Assembly: GCA_051313645.2 (NCBI GenBank)
Contig: JBNRSN020000003.1
Location: forward strand, 245,148,001-245,212,000
Reading direction: 5' to 3'
From: Centroscyllium fabricii
Taxonomy: Eukaryota
Length of the DNA stretch: 64,000 bases
Numbering within the stretch: the stretch's first letter is position 1; every line of letters starts with the position of its first letter. The position numbers and the translations under genes are program-made. The notes under the pieces were generated by a model. The model worked only from the letters and a program-made list of their open reading frames with translations. It was not told the origin of the DNA and made no database searches. Of the stretch, positions 14,241-27,045 are shown piece after piece.

Positions 14241-15156
14241 ATATAAGTAAGTAAACTGACTTTAGTTCTAATATTCAATTCGGCCGATTCCTAATCGACC
14301 CAAGGCCATTGAACACCAAGCCGCTCCTGAATTACTGAAACAAGCATCAAAATCAATAGTATAAGTAAAAACTTGGCTCCATTCCAAGTCCAGTTTTTTT
14401 TTGTTGCTTACTTTGGGTTTGGATTACTTCGATAATGGCCAATTCCACCATTTTAAGAGCCATCAAGTCTGAGATTACCAAAACTCGCTTTGGCCCTGTT
14501 AAATATATCAAATGCAGATTGGCTCAGCTTTTTGATTTGTGCTTCTTCTTGGATATTATTGCACATAAATATATACCAGTTAACAGTAGTTTTTCAGAGC
14601 CAAAATGTCTTCTCTGTCTCCATCCCATCCGCAATTCTGTTAAATTTATAACAATAAGGGTAATTTTGATTTCATTGTATAATATTGTTGTCCAGACAAT
14701 GTAAACTTCAGCAGTAGGATAATGCTGCTTCTGTTCCCTACTGCCTTCCACCATTAAGAATGCTAATCTGCTAATTGTTTAAATAAATTAGTTTACCATT
14801 TCACTATTCACCAGCTACTCCATGCTAGGGCATAATTTTTATAAATGCCTTTTTATGGATTTCCTCTCCCTTATTTTGGTTATTTGTTTTCCTTCTTCTA
14901 AGGTCTTCTCCACTTATGGCCATGGTCGCAGGCATGCGACCTGCTCCTAAGCCTCTGCCAATTATGCTCTTAAAGTGGCTGCTAAGAAGTATGTGAGAAT
15001 GGTGTTTGGCAGCTCACCTTCTGATTATCCCTCTTTCTCTCCCTGTGGAAATGTCCAGCCTGGGAGAGATTGGTTTTTCATCATGTGTAAACTGGTACTT
15101 CATTTTGATACATCATACTGCCTTCCATTAATGACACATGTAATTACAACAGGATA

Positions 15157-15400
15157 AGGTAGCATAGTGTTTATGGCACTGGACTAGCAACTTAGAAGTC
15201 GTGAGTTGAAATCCCAACGTGGAAAGTCATGAAATTGAATTCAATAAATTTGGGATAGCATCAGAAAAAAATGACCATGGAAAACTTCTGGTTTGTTGTA
15301 AAAATCCAGCTGATTCACTAATGAGAAGGGAATTTGCCAGTCCTCCATGGTCTGGCCTACACGTGATTCTAGTGGTTGAATCTGAAGTGGGCCACAAGTA
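15157..15400 (+). mobile_element. tRNA-headed SINE-like element related to the 5' end of the LINE at 35276
   Basis: A-box-like TAGCATAGTG and B-box-like GAGTTGAAATCC; shares ACTGGACTA..., GTGAGTT.AAAT and GAATT/AATAAAT blocks with 35276-35450. Confidence 0.6.
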
Positions 15401-16406
15401 ATACTACTCAAGAAGTTGTATTTCAAAGCTGTCATTTTTGAAACTCCTACTTAAAATAGTGAAATTATTAATGTTCAAATTCCATACAAATAGGGCAAAA
15501 AGAAGAAGCTACCTAAAACTAAATATCTCAAACTACGGAATATATATAAAATTACATTTGAACAACCAGCTGATATTTCACTCATGACTTTTAAGAAAAG
15601 ATGATTTTTTAATATACTGTGTTCAATTAAACTATTCTGATTGAAAGTTCACTTTAGAAAACTGGTAAGATCTGTATGTTTAAAACAAAAGTAATCAGAT
15701 ATTGTAGATGCAACATAGAAGTACAATATATATGTTATGGACTCTTCAAAGGCTTTCCCTATATAAGTGTATGTAGAAAATCATATGCATGAAGTTACTA
15801 TACAATACTTTGCACAATCGAGATTTCAGATGATAGCATGAACTGCAATTTGAAATTTGAACCATTTCTAATCATTTGAAGTAAAAAAAAAGTAGGTTAG
15901 TTTATGTAATCTGTATAAATTCAACTCACTTTTTAAGAACTTGTGGTGTTGACAGAAATGATTTAACCATCTCATTGGTGAGATAACCCTGATACGATGT
16001 AAAAAAATACACACAAGATTTGTGACCCAGACAAACAGCATAATACAATGTCATGTGGCTGATAACATTGCTGAACAAATACGTTTTTTGTTAGCTGGCT
16101 AATTACCATATATTTGTGTGTTTTATATATTTTTAATAATCATTATGTATAACCAGCTAGAAAGAAGAATGCATTTTATTCAATAGGGAATCAGTTTTAA
16201 AAAAAAATCAATTAGTTTGTTAATTGGCCACTTGATCCACTAACCTAAATTCTTGTGCAATATCTATGCTTTCTGTGTAGTACTCACTAGGCAGTAGATG
16301 TTTTGCTTACTGTTTGGAACAGAAGAATGGCTTAGTGCTAATTTTGTTTCATGTTACACAGTCAACGTTTTTGTACTTGGGGAAAAGTGGCAGTAAGAAT
16401 GACTTA

Positions 16407-17084
16407 AGCCCCGCTTTCACTGGAGGCTACGAATTCCCGATTTCTCCCGAATCTGAAATTTGTCCGATTCGTGGGTAATTCTTGCAATTCGTAAACGATT
16501 CGTGGTTGATTCGTGGTTGATTCGTAGAAGATTTGTAGAGTTCGCGTAAGTTCGCGTGATTTCTTTGATTTTTCAAGAAAGGTTTTGTTTGTCAAAAAAT
16601 TTCGTGGGAGGGTTAACGAATGTCCAATTCGTGATAGATTCCTAAACAATTCGTGACCCTTTCTTATCGTTCTTAACCCTTTCTTATCCTTCTTAACCGT
16701 TTCTTAATCGCTTCTTCTGCATTCTTGTCTATTCTTGGGCATTCTTGACTCCCTCAAATTCGTGGACCCACGCCGAATACATCACGAAACAGGCACGAAT
16801 GTCCACGAATCAGGTACGAATCGGTCGTAGTGGATTCGTACAGTAATTCGGCACATTCGTAAGTGAGTTCGTTAAATTCTTACCTGATTCTTTGAATTCG
16901 TACTTGTTTCTTAAACCATTCTTGACATTCGGCACGAATAATTCGTAATCAATTCGTAGTGGATTCGTAGCTCCTCCCGAATTCACCACGAATTTTCACA
17001 TTTTTTTGCCGAATCGCCACGAATTTCGATACGTGACGATTCTTGATATTCTTGATATTCTTAGCCTCCAGTGAAAGCGGGGCT
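16407..17084. mobile_element. PIF/Harbinger-type MITE (678 bp)
   Basis: Perfect 23-bp TIRs AGCCCCGCTTTCACTGGAGGCTA (16407-16429) and TAGCCTCCAGTGAAAGCGGGGCT (17062-17084); TTA target duplication (16404-16406, 17085-17087); no coding capacity. Confidence 0.9.
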
Positions 17085-20000
17085 TTACTGACATTTACTT
17101 CAGAACTGCCAAACAATGTGAAGCTGCAGGCAAAAAGGTTGTAGGTGTTGGACCAAAACGCACAGGATTATAATACAAAGAAGTTAGGTTAGCCGGAAGG
17201 GGACCTTTTAAAATAAAATTACATTGAACAGTAATGTATTAGATTCTGAACAGTAGGATATATTTTTTAATGAATTAAAGGATGTTTCTAGGACAAAAAT
17301 AAGTTTTTGTCCAAGTATTGTATTTACTGAGCATATATATCACATTCGGTTAAGAAGGAAGTTCCCCATCAATCTCTTTTCACTAGAATAAAATGTAAAT
17401 TGCTTCTTTTTTCACTCTTAACTAGAGGTGAACAAATGACCTTCCATAGAACTTGAACCAAATCTGAACTGCAACATTGCTATTTCCTCTACCTACTCAA
17501 TGACAAAGTGAAATCTTAGCTTTTGCTTCTGAAAAAAAAGTCTGACGTGAGAAAAGCTTAACTGTATTAAACCACCCTGATTCAGATAAACTCAGATTTA
17601 AGACCTGACTCATCCCCAGTACTAATATTTGATTATTATCAACATGTATGGATATGGTAGTATTGCATGTGCAGTCTACAAGTGTGAAACATTACGGATT
17701 CTAGTAAGCACATTTTATATACAGTTTGCACTGTAAACCCACTGTTGAGATTTCACCAGTCATCCAGGCATATGCAGTTCTCCAATGCACTTGGGCAGTT
17801 GATGCTTTTCATTGCTACAAGGATCTTTGGTTTCTTAGGATCAGTGGTTTAAGCCATAATAATCCATATTGTAGCATTTATAATAGTTTGAGTTTAAATC
17901 GGCTTTAAAACTATTACGATTGAGGTGATCTTGCAAAGCTGTGGTTCTTTGCAAAACGTTTAGCAAGATTGACTTTCAAGTCTAATGAGTACATTTGCTG
18001 TCATATGTAATGATGGAGCTGTTTCAAGAGATTAACCCTTTGGGAAATTGAATGCAGTTGCACTGTACCATCTCCAATTAACAGAATAGTGTAACAGATG
18101 AGTTCCTGGGGATAAAGTTATAGCAACCATTTTGTTCTTGAAAATGTCATTGGTTCATCATATGTGTTTGGTTCATCATACATGTTTTTGCCATATGTTC
18201 ACAAAAGCATTTATTCACCCTATATTCTAAATAAGTAGATTTGTAAGGTCAATACATTCATTTGATGACATATCGTGTGTTGCAAACATTAAAACATTCT
18301 GCAAATAAATGTTTCACGCACTTTGAAAGAGTTACTATAAAAGCTGTTTACTAAAATCTAGAACAATGTAATCTAGGTTTTGATTTTTGCCAGTAACCTT
18401 TTATAGAAACTTTTCAAAGCAAGTTAAAAATATGCTTGTGGACTATTTTAATGAGACTGTATGGTGATGTTTTGTAGCATCTGTTATGTTACAGAAGGGT
18501 GTTCTATCTTGTGAGTCTGCTTATTTAGAACTTGGTATGAATAAATTCTTTATGAATATATTTGAAGTAAAACACAAACTGAACTGCCAGCCAACAAAAT
18601 CCTTCATTGTTCGTAGTCATACTAAAACATAATCAGCTGTGAGACGAGCTTATTTAAACTAGTTTTAGCACCCTTGGTAAAGACTTTAACTTTGTCTTTA
18701 TTCAGCAGTAAAAATCACGATAGAAGTTTGCATGCAAGATCCAATGTGCTACAAATGAGGAAAGAAACACATTGGCTCCTGTTAATTAGTTTCCATAAGA
18801 ACTGTGGAAATATTGGGTGGGTTTTCAGAGCAGGCGTGGGTACACACACACCTCATAAGCTGTTGTGGAGAGTGGCATCAGTGCACTGAACATCTGCGTG
18901 TGAAGCAAAACTTGACTTCCGGATTTGATTATTGAGCATAGTAAAGCAAGCACAAGAACTGATCTTATTAAAGAATCAGTGAAGAATAATACAAATTAGA
19001 AAGAGGACATCAACAGCTTCAGATCATATTGTTGAAAGAGCTTATTTTAAAACAAATTAGCTTGGCTTTGCACAGTTTTATCTCTGTTTATTTTTGATTT
19101 AAAAAGACCTTTCTTTGTTACTTAATGGAAAGGGAGTGGTAGATGCTGGTTCATATTTAGAAATTTGCCTTAGAGTTTGTTTTACATAAAATACCTGATA
19201 ACTTTAAAAATGTGCTTTACAGGCATGTCGGTACATTGTCAGTGGAGATTGTTGAGGCTTGGTTCATTATGTTGTAATCAGTCAGACAAGATGTGCTGTA
19301 TACTATGTTCTGTGTAGTAGCCATAGTAAGCTTGGAACAAGTTGGTTCTTCCAACTGCTTCTGGTCATTATCATCTCTTGGAGAGGGTGGTGGAATAAAG
19401 CCACTAATATAACAAGTGATTTTTTGGGGGGGAATTTCACTTGCCAGTGATTTTAAAATGTTATCAAAATCTAATTACCTTTGCTGAAAAAAGAGATTTA
19501 CAGTTAAATACGATAAATTAAATTAGATTGGATTCTGAGCTGTTTTCCATCAGTTATCCTCCATTGCTTTCAATTTTATTTCTATGCAAACCACAGGGGT
19601 AATATATTCATAATGTCATAATAAATCTAGCGGTGTCAACAGAATCTATCTGGGTTCCATAAATGCTAGTGCCTAATTTATTTTGCATCATACAGGAACT
19701 TTATTCTGCGCTCTCTATTTTACTGGTATTTATATTATTGTCATGAACCCCTTCAATGAAAGGGTTACACAGACCTGTCTCACTGTTTAGATGATATAAT
19801 AGACATTGTAATCCTTGTTTTGAAGTTATATTAGACATTGTAATCCATATTATGATCAGCTATTACATTGCGTACAACCCTCCATATGACACAATAATTA
19901 AATGTGAATGAACTCCATGTTTAACGTTAAAAAAGGCAATGGCTTTATTCTGTTCTAGTTTGTAATTCATACGCCTTGCTGTAGACACAGGGATGAAGGC

Positions 20001-20830
20001 AAGTTTCACTTTTACAGTCTATTGAAAATCGTTGTTCCAATCTCTTAAGCAGTGTCTTAACAGGACATGCTACATATAATTGCATCAGTAAAATGATTGC
20101 ACTAAACTTGTCAAAACTTATTGGTCTTTTTTAATATATATAAAGTTACACAGGTAGGGCAATATCTCTGTTTTCTGAGAAAATTAATATTTGAGTTTTA
20201 CAGAATCACAGAAAAATAGTCCGGGATCATTGACAGCTATCTGGGTTTTGCTATGCTATTGTGGTTTCTATGTGAAGTCAGAAAGTTAGGATTTTACAGC
20301 TTTGCTTGATACTGGTAAATCAAAACAATTGTATTTGTGATATATCAAGGTGATTACAGCAAATCCAGTTTCAGAAGTTTGAACAGCATTTTTAATCAAT
20401 TAAAAACAATCTAATAGAAGCAGAATTGTATTTCCTAATGCATTTTTTGCTAAAAGTTTCAATTAATACAGGTACATAATTTTGATTTCTGGGATGGCTG
20501 AAAGATGTCACTATATTCCATGCACACACAATTTTAAAATATTTCAAAGAATGCATTGCCACTTCATAAGTGAGAAACACAGAGTAAAATATTAAATATG
20601 AGTAAATGTTTTGCATATTTGCTCAGAAGTTTGTGGCATAAAGCATTGAGATTGAGTGTAGCATTAACTAAGCTTTTTGTATATTCGCAATAAAGCAATC
20701 GATTGAAAAGTAAATTTAACAGGAATGTTCTGCATATTTCTGTATATAGATATGTTCAGCCAGTGAAGGCAAGAAAATATTTCTACTGTCATCTGGCTAT
20801 TTCTCAGCAGATGTATGCAATCTGCGCTGC

Positions 20831-20866
20831 TGTCACTAACGGGGCTTATGTCACTAACGGGGCTTA
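20831..20866. repeat. 18-bp perfect tandem duplication
   Basis: TGTCACTAACGGGGCTTA twice. Confidence 0.9.
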
Positions 20867-21092
20867 TTTTGTGAAAAGAACATGTCAGAACATGCCGTTG
20901 TGTTTGCTCTTAGAAACTTTTAAAATGATGACCAAAGTTGAGTATGAGGTGGCCTACTTTCAGTATCTTCGTATATAGAATCATTGATGACTCTTAAAGA
21001 TAGTTTTTACCCTTTTTTACCCTGATATCCCCTCCATAATTTGGGAGGCAGTGAATATCCTTTTTCTGCTGTCACATTTTCTATGCTCATCC

Positions 21093-21760
21093 ATAAGAAC
21101 ACTTTCCTGAACTATCCCCATATCCCTTGCTTCCCTTAATATTCAAAAATTTATCGATTTCTGTCTTAAATATACTCAACGACTGAGCCTCCACAGCCCT
21201 CTGGGGTAGAGAATTCCTAAGATTCAACACCCTCGGAGTGAAGAAATTTCTCCTCATCTCAGTCCTAAATGGCCGACCCTTATTCTGAGACTGTGACCCC
21301 TGGTTCTAGACTCCCCAGCCAGGGGAAACATCCTCCCTGTATCTACCCTGTAAGCCCTGTAAGAATTTTGTATGTTGCAATGAGATCACCTCTCATTCTT
21401 CTAAACTCTGGAGAATATAGGCCTAGTCTACTCAATCTGTCCTCATAGGACAATCCCCCATCCCAGGAACCAGTCTGGTGAACCTTCGTTGCACTCCCTC
21501 TATGGCAAGTATATCCTTCCTTAGGTAAGGAGACCAAAACTGTACACAGTACTCCAGGCGTGGTCTCACTAGGGCCCTATATAATTGCAGTAAGACGTCT
21601 TTACTCTTATACTCATATCCTCTTATACTCATATCCTCTTGTAATAAAAGCCAACATACCATTTGCTTTCCTAATTTCTTGCTGTACTTGCGTGTTAACT
21701 TTTAGTGATTCATGTACAAAGATACCCAGGTCCCGCTGAACACCAACATTTCCCAACATC
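21093..21760 (-). mobile_element. CR1 LINE, 3' fragment
   Basis: Translates to the CR1 ORF2 C-terminus ([24 protein letters not shown]...RRMRGDLI); homologous to other CR1 copies in the window. Confidence 0.9.
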
Positions 21761-21761
21761 T

Positions 21762-22462
21762 TTGGGTGTTGTTAGTTGATATGATTGCACTAGGATGAAG
21801 GGGAGTGTGAGAGGTGGCTAGTGAGATGGGGAAGTGATAATGTAGATAGAGAGGGATGGGTGGAGGTGCAAGGTAAGTTGGTGTAAGTAAGGATGTGAAG
21901 AAGTAGGGTCGGGAAGGTAAGGTGATGGGGATGTGATGAGTGGCACAGCAGGGTGAGTTTGAGTTTGGCTTTGCAGTACGTTTCGAGTTCTACTGAGATC
22001 ATTGAAACGTTTACGCCACTGCAGCCAGGTCCTCCTGCGACATCCCGGCTTATGCCCTCCTGTGCAATTTGCAACCAGGCTGCATTGGTGCCCTGGGGAG
22101 GTCTCTTCCGCCTATTGGAAGGGAAGAGAAACTCCCCACGTGCTGCGACTCCCTCCATAAGTAATGGGAGAGCCTGGGTGCAGCCGTGCACCTTTGAGCA
22201 CCTCAATGCTGTCAAACACTGACTGCACAACTATCAAAATCAATGTGTCCATGGTCCATTTAAGGAAACCGGCTGATGACTTGTTATCAGATGACGTCAT
22301 CAGACCCGCTTCCTGTTAATTGACCAGGAACCGAGCAGGGCGGGCTTAACAAGGCCAATCTATGGAAAATAATTTCAGAGAGCGGCTGCAGATGGGAGCG
22401 GGACCGGAAACCGCCAACCAGCTCTCGGCCACCATCCCACCTCCGCAGGGAAAATCCAGCCC
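21762..22462 (-). mobile_element. truncated Harbinger-like element with degenerate Myb/SANT-like ORF
   Basis: Minus strand starts GGGCTGGATTTTCC (TIR-like end at 22462). It encodes LLMEGVAARGEFLFPSNRRKRP...AAWLQIAQE and, after a frameshift, RRTWLQWRKRFNDL (~21978-22200). Confidence 0.7.
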
Positions 22463-23010
22463 GAAGTATTTGTTTAATTTCTCTGCCATTTCCTTATTCC
22501 CCATTATCATTTCCCCTGTCTCAGCCTGTAAGGGACCCACATTTACTTTCGCTAATCTTTTCCTTTTTACGTACCCCTATAGAAGCGTTTACATTCTGTT
22601 TTCATGTCACCTGCTAGTTTACTCTCATATTCTATTTTCCCTTTCTTTACCAATTTCTTTGTCCTCCTTTGCTGAATTCTAAATTCCTCCCAATCCTCAG
22701 GCTTACTACTCTTTTTGGCAACATTATAAGCCTCTTCCTTTGATCTAATGCTATCTTTAACTTCTCTTGTTAGCCACGGTTGGACCACTTTTCCTGTGAG
22801 GCTTTTGTGCCTTAAAGGAATGTATATTTGCTGTATGTTATGTATTCATTCTTTAAATGCTAGCCATTGCTCATCCACTGTCACACCTTTTAATGTAGTT
22901 TCCCAATCTACCTTCGCCAACTCGCCCCTCATACCTACAGCGTTTGCTTTGTTTAGATTTAAGACAATAGTTTTGGATTTCACTAAATGATTTTCAAAAT
23001 TCTATCATAT
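22463..23010 (-). mobile_element. CR1 LINE fragment (ORF2 linker region)
   Basis: QPWLTREVKDSIRSKEEAY...GPLQAETGEMIMGNKEMAEKLNKYF; near-identical to 30.6-31.1 kb in the opposite orientation. Confidence 0.9.
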
Positions 23011-24560
23011 TATCCAACCATTTGTTCCCTCTTCCCCATTCAATGCTAGACAATTCAACTACCTGTTTTAGGTCCCAATCTTATTTACATCGTTAATGAC
23101 TCCATGTGCTCAAGAACTGATTAAGTCCTACTCTTCATCAAGTCCAATCTTGATCCAGCCAATCTATTCAACTATCCCTCCATCCCTAATTTTCCTTTCT
23201 TCTATACGGTCCTCAAATGTGTTGTCTACTCCCAACTCTGCCCATCTCTCAAAACTTCCTGTTCAATCCTTTTAGTATGGTTTCTGTCCTGCCGACAGCA
23301 TTAAGACTGCTCAAACCAAATTCACGAATTGACATTGTCTGTGACTGTGGTGCATTTTCCTTCCTTGTCCTCCTCTATCTCTCTGCAGCACTTGATAGTT
23401 GGTTATGTCATTCTCCTCCATTATCTCTCTCCCATAGCTCCGCTTTGTGGCACTGTCCTCATGTGATTCCACTCCAATGTATCTGAATGCAACCAGCTCA
23501 TCTACAGCAATGGTTTATCTTCCTGCCCCCTTAGAGTCACGTCCAGGGACCTGCAAAGATCTATCCTTGGTCTCTTCTCCTTCCTCATCTGCATGCTGCC
23601 CCTCAGTGACATTTTCTGCAGGCATGAGGTCTGCTTCCCTATTTATGATGATGACGACAGCCAGCATGCCTGTAAGAATTGGACGAGGACAGGACTGGAC
23701 TGGGTTGCGATTCTCTCCATCACTTCCCATGACTCCAACAATACCTCTGTGCTGTCAGACTGCCTGCCTGCCACCAATTTGTAAATGAGGCAGAATTTCC
23801 TCCAACTGAACTTTGGAAAAATCAAAGCTATTGCTTTTGGCGTGAACTCCGCTCCCTTATCACTGACTCCATCATCCTCTCCGGCAGCTTGCTTGGGCTG
23901 AGTCAGACCATACAAACCCACAGCACCCCACTCGACTCGGAACCCCACATCCTACCCATCTACAACAGCAATTACTTTCACCAGCAATGTTATCCACCTC
24001 CCCCCATCTCAATCCCCAGCTGCTGACAACCTTATCCACACTTTTGTCATCTTTTAATGTGTTTCTACAATATCTTCCTTCCAAAGAAAAGTTCAAAATT
24101 CAGCTGCCAAATACCCTGTCCTGCTATAAGTCCAGCTCAGCTATCACTCCTGCCCTTGCTGACTTATACCAGCTCCTTGTCCTCCAATGCATTGAGTTTA
24201 AAGTCCTTATTCTTGTCTTCAAATCCCTCCACAGTCTTACTCTGCCCTATCTTTGCAATCTTCTCTAGCCTTCTATCACCTCCTGCCCCCTTCCTTTGAC
24301 TGGTCCTTTGTACATTTCTCCCTTACTCCACCTTGGCCTTACTCTCTGATATTCCCTCCCTAAATATCGCTGCCTCTTCTTCTCTCTGCTTTTCAAACCT
24401 TTTCAAAACTCACCATTTTGACCAAATTTTCAGTCACTTTACCTAACTCTCCAATCGTAGCTCTGTTTCTATTCTTCATACCGTTCATCTATTTTATTTT
24501 ATCTTGTTTTACTCAACTTTCTGTAAAGCACCTGGGGACATTTTCTATGCTGACTGGAGA
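23010..24560 (+). mobile_element. degenerate L2-clade LINE
   Basis: Decayed RT motifs (LDP..NY, LLVLLYLSAA, PQGSILGP-like), C-terminal ITPALADLYQL...IEFKVLILVFKSLH, and L2-type tail TGTAAAGCACCTGGGGAC. Confidence 0.75.
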
Positions 24561-25861
24561 CACAAATAAAAAGGGCAAGCCAAACAATGGTGTTACTTTA
24601 AGGGAACAATTGCTGTTTGTAGATTGGTCAGTAGGACTGATTGGATAAAGATAGCATTTTATTTGGCACACGGAAGTTACTATTAGAAGCATTTTTCCTG
24701 TTTCATGAGATGGAGAGCTGCCTACTGAACAGTTTTTCAATTAACAGCGTGGTAAAAATTAAACTTCACCAACTGATGGAAGGAAGCTTAACTGACTGGC
24801 AACCTGGATCTTGAATCTGTGACCTCTTGGTTTAGTAATTGAGAGCTTAAACTACAATGTTAATCTCTCCTTAAGGAACTATATTGCTTCTTTAAGTAAC
24901 CTTTATTCCAGAGGGTTGAAATTAAATCTGTTTGCAATATTTGTCTATAAATATTTAACTTCTCAAAAGCATATATATAATTCCTGCTAAATCCCTAATC
25001 AATGTTTCAAAGCACTAAGCATGCAATGGTTAAACTTTGTCATATACTGCTGTACTATGAAAAATGTACTACAATATAGTGCATTGTTAGAATCTTGGTG
25101 AAAGTGGCTATGTTACACCAGGGTGCTACATAGATGAGCAGAGAGTTGCCTTTTATAAAGCATTAAGGTTGTTTAAAAAAATAGTGCCTGCAGGTCCAGA
25201 GGAAGTACTTGGAACTGTTTTGCAGAAAGCTTTTCTGTCTATTGGTCCCTCGATTACTGTATACTATAAAGACATTTGTTTTGTCATGGCAACTTTGGTG
25301 CTAGATGCTGTAGCAAGAATAGTGATATAGTACACACCAGTTAATCTGTACTCTGTTAATAGAGTGTTACTTGTTCTTTGTTCAGTAGAAACGACTGCAA
25401 AAGGTAGCATTTTATTCAGCACAGGGAAGTTACCATAAAGCAGTGCTCAATTATGCAAATTAGAATGAAGCATTCTAATTGTTTGAATTGGTGACCGTTC
25501 CATTAAATGCCATATAACATTGATAGAGTACCCTGATGACTTAACGTGTCAATGCACAGCCCTTTGTGGCATTGAGCCATTCATACCAACAAGATCTCCG
25601 GTTTAATCGAACAATCTGGTGACAGTCACTGTCCAGGCTCCTACTTGGTCAAGATGCCACAGGGCTGGCACCAACTGTGGAACCAGCCTTAAGTAAGCAC
25701 GTGTCACTGGCTTAAGGAGAGGAGAAAAGGGGGTAGGGAAAAATAATTATCATTTGCACAGGGAAAGTATCAAACTTCTTAAAATGTGATGTAGGACCAT
25801 TGGAAAGATTACATTGTTCTCTCCCTCTATATATGCTGTGTTTAAATGAATCTCTTTTACT

Positions 25862-25986
25862 TATACCTGATGAAGGAGCTACGCTCCGAAAGCTTGTGAT
25901 TTCAAATAAAACTGTTGGACTATAACCTGGTGTTGTGTGACTTCTTACAATTGTCTACCCCAGTCCAACACCGGCACCTCCACATC
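25862..25986 (+). mobile_element. Penelope-like element terminal fragment
   Basis: CCTGATGAAGGAGC...CGAAAGCTTGTGATTTCAAATAAAACTGTTGGACTATAACCTGGTGTTGTGTGA; a related copy lies on the minus strand at 60737-60830. Confidence 0.75.
25864..25898 (+). ncRNA. minimal hammerhead ribozyme motif
   Basis: Core CTGATGA (25867-25873), stem II GGAGC-TAC-GCTCC, GAAA (25888-25891), palindromic AAGCTT mini stem III, short stem I TAC/GTG. Confidence 0.65.
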
Positions 25987-26809
25987 TTAAAATCTAGAGC
26001 ATGCATGTTGTTGTACAGCCTATGTAAGTTGCAATATCAAATAATTCTTGCATCTGAGAAGTATCTTTTATCATTTCTGAAACTCTAGGGATATATTTTC
26101 AACTTGCTGTTGAGGCTTAATGCTAGCATTGTGAATTGGCTGTCCGTTCCAGAAACCACCTGATTTTCATTTCCATTAGTTTCTATAACGGGTGGCTGAT
26201 CCAGAACATTAGACATACACCCGTGTTGCAAGTTGAAAATATACCCCTCTCAATTTAATGACTGTTATTCATTAAAAAGGATATTGTATTGATATAAAGC
26301 CATATACAGTTTTTGATAGTAGAATGCAGCAAAGATTGGGCAATTCTACATTTTCCCCTACTTCAGCCAGTATTAGAAAGCTAACATGTTAGTTCATCAG
26401 GGTTTGTGCTAACTTACATTGAGGTGCACTAGAAATTCTAGTGGTTGGCTATCCAATTTTTGCTTTATTTTGATGAAGCAAAAGAAGTTTGTTAATAGCA
26501 TAATAAATCCACAAATTTAAATAAACAATGAAATGGATTTTTTTCAAAAAGGAATTCTGTTGAGGCAAGAGTCTTCGTAAAGATTAAATCTGAAAATAAT
26601 GAATTAAAAAGTTGCAGGAGGGTTAGGTTATTGGCTGAGTGTTTGGAGCTGCACCTATATCTCTCAGCTCGGAAGAAAAAATGCTCATCGTCATAAAAAT
26701 AATTCTGATTCTGCCAAGTATATCATTGAAATAATTTTATAAAGTATGGAAAATGCTCAGTTAGTATTTGTGAAACTGATTGTTTTGTGCAAATTGTACC
26801 ACTGCCAAT

Positions 26810-27045
26810 TGAGGGGCGTCTTCCGATGTCCTGGCCAATATTTCTCCCTCAACCAACATAACAAAAAACAGATTATCTGGTCATTTTCACATTGCTGTTT
26901 GTGGGACCTTGCTGTGCGCAAATTGGCTGCCGCGTTTCCCACATCACAACAGTGACTACACTTCAAAAGTACTTAATTGGCTGTGAAATGCTTTGAGACA
27001 TTCGGTGGTCGTGAAAGGCGCTATATAAATGCAAGTCTTTTGCCT
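26810..27045 (+). mobile_element. Deu-domain SINE, 3' half
   Basis: CATTGCTGTTTGTGGGACCTTGCTGTGCGCAAATTGGCTGCCGCGTTTCC core and tail GTGAAAGGCGCTATATAAATGCAAGTCTTT. Confidence 0.8.

Noticed and set aside
16430-17060. Repeat array as a CRISPR array or heat-shock element cluster
   Set aside because: No repeat-spacer structure in a eukaryotic context; GAA/TTC units mostly lack the alternating 5-bp HSE spacing; TIRs and TSD explain it as a MITE.
507-20978. Many short ORFs in the unique region, e.g. 2895-3329, 4747-5085, 5505-5867
   Set aside because: Composition looks like random translation of non-coding DNA; no domain motifs.
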